DNA of 64,000 bases. Source: an uncultured Aminicenantes bacterium (GTDB lineage: Bacteria > Acidobacteriota > Aminicenantia > UBA2199). The DNA is taken from the NCBI GenBank assembly GCA_965195285.1, contig CBDAFS010000012.1, positions 1 through 64,000 on the forward strand, given 5' to 3'. Numbering within the stretch: the first letter of the stretch is position 1; each line of letters opens with the position of its first letter. The notes under the pieces are model-generated. The model searched no databases, was not told the origin of the DNA, and saw only the letters and a list, made by a program, of their open reading frames with translations. Made by a program: the position numbers and the translations under genes. Shown in pieces: positions 39,227-47,497 of the stretch.

Positions 39227-41649
39227 CGGCTCATGTCAGTTTTAATAATTTCCGGGTAATCCGGGATCAGGGTTATGCGTTTTATAAAAAAATTATTCTC
39301 TCGCAGACCTCTCACATCCACCTCAATAAAATTGATCGGATCATTTATCTCTATTTGAATTGATTCGAATTCCTTATTCAGTTCAAAAGATTTTTTGGAA
39401 ATCCCTGCTGATGTAAAGAGTCGGTATTCCAGAGTATTTTGATATTCTGCTGAAAATTGTTTTGATATTCTGTGTCCGACTATATGGAGTTTGTATTTGC
39501 CCTGTGAAATCGGGAAAAAATCGATATGGATATTTTTCAGGGTATTTTCCGAATTATTGAATATCTCAGCTGTTTGAATAAAGGTGAGCAGTGATAGGTC
39601 AAGACCTGTTTTTTTATAATAATTTTTCATCCAGTATGGAAGTTTTTTATTTGAGAACAGTTCCGGAATTGGTTTGTTTATGGTTTTGGCGTCGGTTTTT
39701 TTTATTTTCAGTACTGATTTTTGAATGCCACTAAAAATCGGGGTAAGAACAAAATAATAGGGCCTGTGTTTGGCATTGGTTTGTATTTCGATATGATAGA
39801 CATAATCTTTATGATACTTTTTTGGTTTGATGTTGCCTATTTCAATCAGGTTGATTGTTGTTTGGTTTTTTTGGTTTATGATTCTTTCTACATTGTTTAT
39901 CTTGAGGTTTAAATCCAGATGCTCATTAAGGGAAAACAGGATCATATTCAATTTATTTATTTTCACTTTGGAATAGAGGTAATGGCAGTATCTGCCCTGT
40001 ATTGTTTTTCCGAATCCCGGGTTTTTTTCATATGCCTGAAGGGGAAAGTATGATGTGTGTTCATTCAGGCAGTATGTTCTGGGTAATTTCATTAACAATT
40101 GTGATCCGGGATTCGAAATTTGTAAAAGCTCTTCTGAAATACGGTATAAAAAAATAAAATCAATGTCCCAGGGTTGAAATCTGGGTTTCTGAATCAGGTA
40201 AAAGGGTTTGTACTTTGAAAAATCAATTGGTAAATCAATTTTTTGCTTTTTATCTCTTTTGGTTAATCCAAGGTATTGTTGATGAACCGCTTGAATGAAA
40301 TGGGGAATTCGATCTAAATGCCTAAACCATCTGATTTGAAATTTGGCATTCAGTTTTATCCCGCCCTTAATCCGCGGGGTAAGGTGTTGAAAGGCAATGT
40401 TATAACGATCTGCCGAGATCCCTTGATGGTGTCGGTAATCCTTAGCCCAGTTGTTTTTTGATTTGGTCTTCAATTGATTGAAGATCGTAATATTTGTTTT
40501 AATATTGGAAAGGGCGAAAACAGATGTACCGATCCAGAAAAAAACAATGAAAATTTGCCAGGCCTTTTTATTACCTCTGAATACTTTTTTTAAATCAACG
40601 AATATTGTTTTTCCAATCAAAATCACAATACTTGAATAGAGGGGGATACAAAAACGGTCACCATAAAATCCCATTAAACCAAATATGGATATATAAATTA
40701 ATATAAAAGAACCAAATATAATTTCCTTTTTCCCTTTTATTATGAAACTGAGCGGAATTGCCAATAGCAAGATAATGACAAAGATCAATCCGAAGTCTTT
40801 AATGAAGTTATTGACGAATTTCATGTAGATATCCATGGGTGAATATATTCGATAGGGTTCAAAAACGGATTCGCTTCCAAAACCATACTTTTGAAGAAAA
40901 TATTTCAGATTTTTTAATGGATGAATCAACCAGTTCGGTGCCCCGATAAAAAATCCGGCTGCCATCACCACAGGCAAAAAAATCAGTGATTTTATTGCTT
41001 TTTTCTTGTTTATTTCCTTTCTGGTTAAAAATATAACCAGCAGAATTATCAAAATAAATATATAAACATTATATTTGGTGGCAACGGCTATGCCGAATAT
41101 AAATGAAGCCCATAGCAGTAATTTGATGTCATGGTTTTTTAAATATTTCAACAGGAAATACAGAGCCAGGGTTATAAAAAGGGATACCAGAATATCGGAT
41201 TTGAAGATATGGGCCTGGAGGATTATAAGATGATTAAAAGCCATCAAAATGGCGGCAAAAAAGGCAACGTTCCGGTTATAAAATTCGTTACCTATTCTAT
41301 ATACCAGATATACCAGCAAAACGGCCAGAAATGCATTGATAACTCTTCCGGCTTCTACCGTAAAATGAAGGCCTATTGATGACATGAATTGAGAAAATGT
41401 GCTGATTAATCCAAGAAAAATCAATATGTTTTTGTACAGAAAGGATAATATGAAATTTAGATACAGGAAAAACGGAGGATATAAGTTTACCGGAAAGGGA
41501 TTTTCATAAAGATCCCAGACAAAGCCGGCAATCATGGTTTCATCTACTGATTTGAAGGGAATGAGTTGTTTTATACTCAGGAGAAACGTGATAAATAGAA
41601 TGGAGATTAATAATATTTTTCTGATAATACGAAAGGCGGAAGCGTTCAT
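39223..41649 (-). CDS. GT-C glycosyltransferase (ArnT/PMT-like) with large C-terminal extracytoplasmic domain
   Basis: SVDE after TM1, YPP, GR, KSD, ATKY, RF..P; ~12 TMs; very AT-rich. Confidence 0.8.
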   Translation of the reverse strand: MNASAFRIIRKILLISILFITFLLSIKQLIPFKSVDETMIAGFVWDLYENPFPVNLYPPFFLYLNFILSFLYKNILIFLGLISTFSQFMSSIGLHFTVEAGRVINAFLAVLLVYLVYRIGNEFYNRNVAFFAAILMAFNHLIILQAHIFKSDILVSLFITLALYFLLKYLKNHDIKLLLWASFIFGIAVATKYNVYIFILIILLVIFLTRKEINKKKAIKSLIFLPVVMAAGFFIGAPNWLIHPLKNLKYFLQKYGFGSESVFEPYRIYSPMDIYMKFVNNFIKDFGLIFVIILLLAIPLSFIIKGKKEIIFGSFILIYISIFGLMGFYGDRFCIPLYSSIVILIGKTIFVDLKKVFRGNKKAWQIFIVFFWIGTSVFALSNIKTNITIFNQLKTKSKNNWAKDYRHHQGISADRYNIAFQHLTPRIKGGIKLNAKFQIRWFRHLDRIPHFIQAVHQQYLGLTKRDKKQKIDLPIDFSKYKPFYLIQKPRFQPWDIDFIFLYRISEELLQISNPGSQLLMKLPRTYCLNEHTSYFPLQAYEKNPGFGKTIQGRYCHYLYSKVKINKLNMILFSLNEHLDLNLKINNVERIINQKNQTTINLIEIGNIKPKKYHKDYVYHIEIQTNAKHRPYYFVLTPIFSGIQKSVLKIKKTDAKTINKPIPELFSNKKLPYWMKNYYKKTGLDLSLLTFIQTAEIFNNSENTLKNIHIDFFPISQGKYKLHIVGHRISKQFSAEYQNTLEYRLFTSAGISKKSFELNKEFESIQIEINDPINFIEVDVRGLRENNFFIKRITLIPDYPEIIKTDMSR

Positions 41650-41655
41650 TTCCCT

Positions 41656-41684
41656 ATTTTAGCAAAGGACATATATGCAGTCAA
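41656..41684 (-). promoter_or_regulatory. sigma70 promoter, leaderless; -35 overlaps the upstream stop codon
   Basis: TTGACT-17-(TGn)TAAAAT-6 nt-ATG(41649). Confidence 0.7.
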
Positions 41685-42661
41685 TTGGTTGATTCAACCC
41701 AGAGATCCGGATCCCAACCGTATCCAATAAATACACGACCTCCCATGCTGATCCGGCGTACATGCATTCGCTGGTTTTCAGCACTGCCAAACATATGAAC
41801 CGCAAAATCAGGGTGATTGGACCAATTCAGTCGATAAATTCCTTCATTTGCCGGTGCCAAAAGTTTTTGTATTGACTTGCCGTTTTCAGCATTAAATATC
41901 TGATAATTGGTGTGGGAGGCGGGCAACCAGGCTACCCGGTTATCCGGAGCGGCACAGGGCCGGCAGCTTTGTCTGCGGGAAATCTTAATGGGTAGAGATC
42001 GGTCTTCAACCGGAGTAACATATATATCATTACCCGTATCATATACCACATATTTTCCGTTTCCCGTGACTTCACACCACCACTTTACATCCCCACCATT
42101 ATATATGGTTTTTGTAATCGAGGGATCGGATATATTGATCATTATAATATTGCCTTCCTTGGAGGGTCCCACTGCCCAATCGATATCATTTCCCCTCCAC
42201 CAACTCCAGCGCGTTTCTTTGGAAGCATCCATAAGGGCGTTTTTTATTTCTATTTTTTCACCTTTTTCATTACTGATATAGATTTTATTTTTAAATCGAT
42301 ATATAAACCTTGTTCCATCCGGGGACCAGAAAGGGCGGGGGGTTAAACCGCGCATTTTTCTTCCGCTTCCTCCTTCCACTTCAATATGAGGGATAATTTT
42401 TCTTTTACCGGATTTCAAATCCAGGATAATCATATGGGGGGGCTGGGCATAGATCACCCTGCCCCGGCGGTTATCTGATAGTCTCTTCCATCCTTCAACC
42501 ATTTCTTTTATCACCACGGTCTCTTGATGGTCGCTGGACTGAATCGGAGAAAAAATCAGCAGAAAGAATCCCCAGAGAGCAGCCATTAAAATCAAAAATG
42601 AAACCATTCCCTTGGCAAGAGTCACCCACAAACCCGGACTGATTGATCGTTGCTGGTTCAT
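41681..42661 (-). CDS. Membrane-anchored TolB-like beta-propeller protein
   Basis: One N-terminal TM; PFWSPDG, TGNGKYVVY, WSNHPD, WDPDLWV blades; start MNQQRS chosen from promoter geometry. Confidence 0.7.
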   Translation of the reverse strand: MNQQRSISPGLWVTLAKGMVSFLILMAALWGFFLLIFSPIQSSDHQETVVIKEMVEGWKRLSDNRRGRVIYAQPPHMIILDLKSGKRKIIPHIEVEGGSGRKMRGLTPRPFWSPDGTRFIYRFKNKIYISNEKGEKIEIKNALMDASKETRWSWWRGNDIDWAVGPSKEGNIIMINISDPSITKTIYNGGDVKWWCEVTGNGKYVVYDTGNDIYVTPVEDRSLPIKISRRQSCRPCAAPDNRVAWLPASHTNYQIFNAENGKSIQKLLAPANEGIYRLNWSNHPDFAVHMFGSAENQRMHVRRISMGGRVFIGYGWDPDLWVESTN

Positions 42662-42668
42662 CGGGGTC

Positions 42669-42697
42669 ATTATATCAAAACTCCGAATCACCGTCAA
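42669..42697 (-). promoter_or_regulatory. sigma70 promoter, leaderless geometry
   Basis: TTGACG-17-(TGn)TATAAT-7 nt-ATG(42661). Confidence 0.7.
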
Positions 42698-42704
42698 TTT
42701 CAAA

Positions 42705-42733
42705 TTGACTGACCCCGCGGGTTGTGTTAAAAT
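42705..42733 (+). promoter_or_regulatory. sigma70 promoter, back-to-back with the previous one
   Basis: TTGACT-17-(TGn)TAAAAT. Confidence 0.6.
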
Positions 42734-42784
42734 ATACAAAAGTCCCGGAACTTCTGGACCGGGATGGTTGATGAGTAAGCGTAC

Positions 42785-44107
42785 ATGAAGACAAAATCGG
42801 TTGACTTGAAAAAAAATGCGGTCCTGGTGTTGATTTTACTGTTTTCCCTGTTGTTCGGTACCTGTTCCCCCCGAAAGGTGGCCGATTTCAATATTGTTTT
42901 GATTGTGATTGACACCCTGAGATCGGATCATCTGTCTTTTTACGGGTATGACAAAAATACAACTCCTTTTTTATCTGAAATTGCAAAAAAATCAATTATT
43001 TTTGAAAATTGCTTTTCTGCTTCATCCTGGACATCTCCTGCAACTGCCTCGATCTTTACTTCCATGTATCCCTTTCAACATGGAGTTCTATTGGGATTGC
43101 TGGCTGTGATAAAGGCGAAAGCTTTAGAACCGGAAATCAAAGTAAATAAAATCCCAGAGAGAATTGAGACCATCACCGAAGTTTTTAAGAAGAATAATTA
43201 TAAGACTTTTGGTATTTCCGATAACCTGAATATTGGAAAGAAACAAGGATTTAATCAGGGTTTTGATCGCCTCCAAACTTTCAATTATAAAGGAGCCCCT
43301 GAAGTAAATAAAATTTTAAAAAAATGGAAAAAGGAAATACTTGAGAATGGGAAATATTTTTTATATCTTCATTATATGGATCCGCATGCGCCATATCATC
43401 ATAGAAAACCCTGGTATAAGCCTCAAGTAGGCAAGAAAAATATCTCACTTGAAGCCTATGACAGTGAAATTTATTATGTTGACCAATACATCCGGGAAGC
43501 CTTTCAGCTATTCAATTGGAAAAAAAACACCCTGGTCATTGTTACCTCTGATCATGGAGAGGGATTATGGGATCACGGAATTATGGGCCATGGTTATACA
43601 TTGTATCGAGAGGAAATACAGGTCCCCTTGTTGATTTATTTACCCGAAAAAAAGATTTTCAGAAGAATAAGTTCAAATGTAAGCACCATTGATATTTTAC
43701 CTACAGTTAGAGAGCTGGTTGGCCTGCCTTCCAGTAAAAATGACGAAGGTATCAGCCTTTTACCCTATATAGAAAATAAAAAGAAAAAACCGGATAAACG
43801 GTTTGTATTTTCCTATTTATGGAAGCTCGGTACTGAAAAAGGCGATCAAATCGAATACAAGTCAGCCATTTACAAGAGGTTGCATTTTATGATGAAGCTC
43901 CCTGCCGAGAGGGAGCTATATGACCTGTATACAGATAAAAAGGAAGAAAACAACCGGTTCAATTCCAACCGGAAGAGTGCCAGGTATTTGGAATCAAAAT
44001 TTAATATATTTATGAAAAAGTGTAAAAAGTTCAACCCCGAATCAGTCCATTATAAAATGAGTAAAAAGAATATCGAGAGATTAAAAACACTGGGATATGT
44101 TAAATAA
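42785..44107 (+). CDS. Sulfatase-like lipoprotein, Thr nucleophile
   Basis: FGTC lipobox; IDTLRSDH, SSWTSPATASIFTS, HYMDPH, SDHGE, LKTLGY; AT-rich. Confidence 0.88.
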   Translation: MKTKSVDLKKNAVLVLILLFSLLFGTCSPRKVADFNIVLIVIDTLRSDHLSFYGYDKNTTPFLSEIAKKSIIFENCFSASSWTSPATASIFTSMYPFQHGVLLGLLAVIKAKALEPEIKVNKIPERIETITEVFKKNNYKTFGISDNLNIGKKQGFNQGFDRLQTFNYKGAPEVNKILKKWKKEILENGKYFLYLHYMDPHAPYHHRKPWYKPQVGKKNISLEAYDSEIYYVDQYIREAFQLFNWKKNTLVIVTSDHGEGLWDHGIMGHGYTLYREEIQVPLLIYLPEKKIFRRISSNVSTIDILPTVRELVGLPSSKNDEGISLLPYIENKKKKPDKRFVFSYLWKLGTEKGDQIEYKSAIYKRLHFMMKLPAERELYDLYTDKKEENNRFNSNRKSARYLESKFNIFMKKCKKFNPESVHYKMSKKNIERLKTLGYVK

Positions 44108-44162
44108 TCATATTCAATGAGTCACGGAGCTATCCCCAATTTGTCATATATACCGATAAATA

Positions 44163-44171
44163 TGGTATAAT
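44163..44171 (+). promoter_or_regulatory. Extended -10 promoter, leaderless geometry
   Basis: TGGTATAAT-6 nt-ATG(44178). Confidence 0.6.
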
Positions 44172-44177
44172 GTTCTC

Positions 44178-45512
44178 ATGAATAAAAGCAAATATTATCA
44201 GTTTATATTGGTCATCATTGCTGTTATGGGTTTATTCACCTGTGGAAAACAAACAGATTCAGGGACTACTATTAAGGTAGTGGTATTGGGATTTGACGGG
44301 GCCAGTTGGGCAACTATTGATCCGCTGATTGACAATGGAAAATTGCCTTTTCTGAAGCAATTGAAAGCGGAGTGTGCCTGGGCGAATTTCAAAACCTTCA
44401 AACCCACCAAATCCAATGTCGTATGGACCAGCATTGCCTCCGGGAAAACCATGTTAAAACACGGGATCATGGATTTTGTCTATCTGAAAAAGAAGGGGAT
44501 CAGGGTTCCCTTTTCCAAATCCAACCGTCTGACGCCCATGCTCTGGCAGATTCTGGATCTGTATCAAAAGAGAAGCATTGTGTTGAACTGGTGGGTTTCT
44601 CATCCCCCGGACAAAATCAACGGGGTCATGATATCGGATCATTTCAGAAAAATTGCCACCACCAGACCGAAATTTCTGGATGAGTACCGGTCCTCGGTTT
44701 ATCCGCCTGAATATTTTGATCGGTTAAAAAAATTCGGGGACATGAATCGGAAATACCTACAGGTTTTGAAAAAGACAGGTCTTCCTGAATATATCAGTTG
44801 GTATTACCGAAGTCAGCCCCGGGGGGATCACCAGAAAGTTCCGGTTTTAAATGTATATCCTCGCTTGATCAAATACGATGCCACCATTGAAAGTGTATCC
44901 GGTTATCTGTACCAGCGGGAAAATTTTGATTTTTTTGCCACTTATTTCCGGTTTCCGGATATCATCCAGCACTTTGTGATTGAATTGATAGAGGAAGACA
45001 TTAAAACCAGGCTGAAGGAGTTGGATTTTGATGCACCCGAATCAACGGATTTTCTCAGCCGGACCACCCGGAAGATTTCCGACCTGATGGAACCGGCCTA
45101 TCAATACATGGAGCGAATTCTCAAGGCCTATATGTCCAATCCGAAATATAAAAATGCCTATTTCTTTATCATGTCCGATCACGGTTTTTCCCTGACCCCG
45201 GAGGGATATGACCACTACCACCTGCCTGTAAAATTCGATCCGCCCGATGGGTTCCTCATCATCAGGGGGCCAACGGTAAAAAAGGGAAAAATTGAGAAGG
45301 CTTCGATTTATGACATTGCCCCGACCATTCTGAATTTATATAATCTTCCGGTCGGGGAAAACATGGACGGCCGGGTATTGCGGGAGGTTTTCAATCTGAA
45401 ACGCAAAACCCGATACCGGCTCTATAAATTGAAAAAAGAGAAAATCCTGCAGGATGAACGTTACAACCGGGAATCCCTAAAAGAACTGGAATCAATGGGT
45501 TATATCGATTGA
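44178..45512 (+). CDS. Phosphodiesterase/NPP-like AP-superfamily lipoprotein (paralog of 37075)
   Basis: Sec lipobox LFTC; GFDGA, KSNVVWTSIASG, PDIIQH, SDHGF, LESMGY. Confidence 0.87.
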   Translation: MNKSKYYQFILVIIAVMGLFTCGKQTDSGTTIKVVVLGFDGASWATIDPLIDNGKLPFLKQLKAECAWANFKTFKPTKSNVVWTSIASGKTMLKHGIMDFVYLKKKGIRVPFSKSNRLTPMLWQILDLYQKRSIVLNWWVSHPPDKINGVMISDHFRKIATTRPKFLDEYRSSVYPPEYFDRLKKFGDMNRKYLQVLKKTGLPEYISWYYRSQPRGDHQKVPVLNVYPRLIKYDATIESVSGYLYQRENFDFFATYFRFPDIIQHFVIELIEEDIKTRLKELDFDAPESTDFLSRTTRKISDLMEPAYQYMERILKAYMSNPKYKNAYFFIMSDHGFSLTPEGYDHYHLPVKFDPPDGFLIIRGPTVKKGKIEKASIYDIAPTILNLYNLPVGENMDGRVLREVFNLKRKTRYRLYKLKKEKILQDERYNRESLKELESMGYID

Positions 45513-45574
45513 TTCACCGGTGAAAATGTGTTGGGCGTCACCGGGGAATCGATTGTCGGTGGAAACCCTTCAAA

Positions 45575-45603
45575 TTGACATAAATCAGTGCATTTGGTAA
45601 CAT
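45575..45603 (+). promoter_or_regulatory. sigma70 promoter, leaderless geometry
   Basis: TTGACA-17-(TGn)TAACAT-7 nt-ATG(45611). Confidence 0.65.
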
Positions 45604-45610
45604 AGCCAGA

Positions 45611-47419
45611 ATGAAAAAATCATTTGTCGCCCTTGTTTTCATCCTGATAGCTGCGGCCTTATTACTGGTATTGATTTCCCGTCCGGACCGCAGCGGATTC
45701 CACCGGCTGGCGTTTTCAGCGCCGGGCCTGAAACCGGTTCTCCAGGAACCCGAGCTCAGCCTGGCCAGAAAAGTCAAAATGGACCGGCATATTACCGATG
45801 GCCAGGTTTTACATTTCAAGGGGAGTGGAATTCTGACCCTGTCACCGGAAATCCGGGGAAAGAAGGGGGTTTTTTTCACCTTTCAGGCAGCAGCCACTGA
45901 TTCCGGAAAAATCAGGACATCCATCTATCTGGACCGAAAGGGCAAACTGGTTAAATTGAAAACCTACCTGGGCCATTCCTATTATCACAGTTTTGTCAGA
46001 GAGATGAAATTAATGAAGCAGGACCGGTTCAGAATAGAGGTCCAGGGAAATGGAATTCTGGTGGCGAACAGGCCGGTCATATACGATATTGTTGATATAG
46101 AGAAGCGTAAATATGTTTTTGTCATAGCCCTGGATACCCTGCGCTACGATAAGGTGGGGGGCACCCGGAACGGTGTGGACCTGACCCCTCATATCAGTGA
46201 ATTCAGAAGGGATTGCTGTGAGTTTACCGAGGCCTTTGCCCAAAGCAACTGGACCCTCCCCTCATTCATGAGCTTTTTTACCGGGCAGTATGAATTCAAT
46301 CATCAAATAACCCGGGATTCCTCTTTATCAGCGGATAACCCTTTTCTGAGCAGAGACCTTTCGAAAAGGTTTTTTACGGTCAATTTTAATGCCGGTTTAT
46401 GGTTGAAGGGCAAATTCGGCTTTTCCAGGGGGTTTGACCTTTTTTCGGTTCTATCCTCTCCCAAAGACAGTCTGGGCGGAAAAGTCATGTTTGCTCAGGC
46501 CCTTGACTTTCTGAAAAGGGTTCAAGCGCCCTCTGTTTTCATGTTCCTGCATACCTATCAGATTCATTCGCCTTATGCGCCTCCGGAAAAGTTTCTCAAA
46601 CAGGTTTCCGAGCAATCCGAATATAAAAAACTGGATTCATTTTTTTATAAAAAACAATTTAAAAACGATGTGGCACCGAATCTTCGCCTGGCCATGGAAA
46701 CGCTTCATGATGCCGAAATTTTAGCTTTTGACAGTTTTTTCGGGGATTTTATCCGCAGCCTCAAGGACCTGAACATCTATGACCGGTCCATGATCGTTTT
46801 TCTATCCGATCACGGTGAAGAATTCTATGAACATCAGGGCTGGGCCCATTGCCATTCCCTGTATAATGAGGTGATTCAGGTACCGCTGTTTATCAAGTTC
46901 CCCGGTTTCCGCTTCAAAGGAAAACAGATCCGGGAAAATGTCGGGTTGATTGATGTGTTGCCCACGGTAATGGATCAGTACCGGATCAACCCGAATCCAC
47001 AGGTTGATGGATTGAGTCTGATGCCGCTTTTAAAGGGGAAGGCCTGGAACCGGGAACAATTGATGTCCTCGACATCGGTGGCCTGGCTGGTCCGGCAAAT
47101 TCCGCCGAAACTGTCCCTGCTGAGAAACCGTTTCAAGCTTATCTATAATTTTAGATTTTCCCCGGAAGACCTGGATTATTTTGCCGAATTCGGAACCCCT
47201 CCGGAAGTCGATGACATACAACTTTTTGACCTGGGCAAGGATCGGTCTGAAGTTTCGGAGCTGACCGGTAAAGAAAAAGTCCGCCAGCTGAACCATTTCA
47301 GGTCAGAACTGACCCGGATGAAAAAAACCATCACTGCGGTCATGAAGAGGAAACGACTGAAAAATGTGACCCTGAGCGATGAAGAAAAAGAAAAACTGAG
47401 ATCGTTGGGGTACTTGTAG
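45611..47419 (+). CDS. Membrane-anchored sulfatase-like protein with extra N-terminal beta domain; Thr nucleophile
   Basis: N-terminal TM; LDTLRYD, SNWTLPSFMSFFTG, HTYQIHSPY, SDHGE, LRSLGYL. Confidence 0.87.
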   Translation: MKKSFVALVFILIAAALLLVLISRPDRSGFHRLAFSAPGLKPVLQEPELSLARKVKMDRHITDGQVLHFKGSGILTLSPEIRGKKGVFFTFQAAATDSGKIRTSIYLDRKGKLVKLKTYLGHSYYHSFVREMKLMKQDRFRIEVQGNGILVANRPVIYDIVDIEKRKYVFVIALDTLRYDKVGGTRNGVDLTPHISEFRRDCCEFTEAFAQSNWTLPSFMSFFTGQYEFNHQITRDSSLSADNPFLSRDLSKRFFTVNFNAGLWLKGKFGFSRGFDLFSVLSSPKDSLGGKVMFAQALDFLKRVQAPSVFMFLHTYQIHSPYAPPEKFLKQVSEQSEYKKLDSFFYKKQFKNDVAPNLRLAMETLHDAEILAFDSFFGDFIRSLKDLNIYDRSMIVFLSDHGEEFYEHQGWAHCHSLYNEVIQVPLFIKFPGFRFKGKQIRENVGLIDVLPTVMDQYRINPNPQVDGLSLMPLLKGKAWNREQLMSSTSVAWLVRQIPPKLSLLRNRFKLIYNFRFSPEDLDYFAEFGTPPEVDDIQLFDLGKDRSEVSELTGKEKVRQLNHFRSELTRMKKTITAVMKRKRLKNVTLSDEEKEKLRSLGYL

Positions 47420-47439
47420 TATTTTTCCATGAAATGGTG

Positions 47440-47468
47440 TTGACTATCCAAATTTTTTTGCATATAAT
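47440..47468 (+). promoter_or_regulatory. sigma70 promoter
   Basis: TTGACT-17-TATAAT; AGGAGG RBS before ATG 47498. Confidence 0.75.
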
Positions 47469-47497
47469 GACATCTTTATTTATTTAGGAGGAATTAG

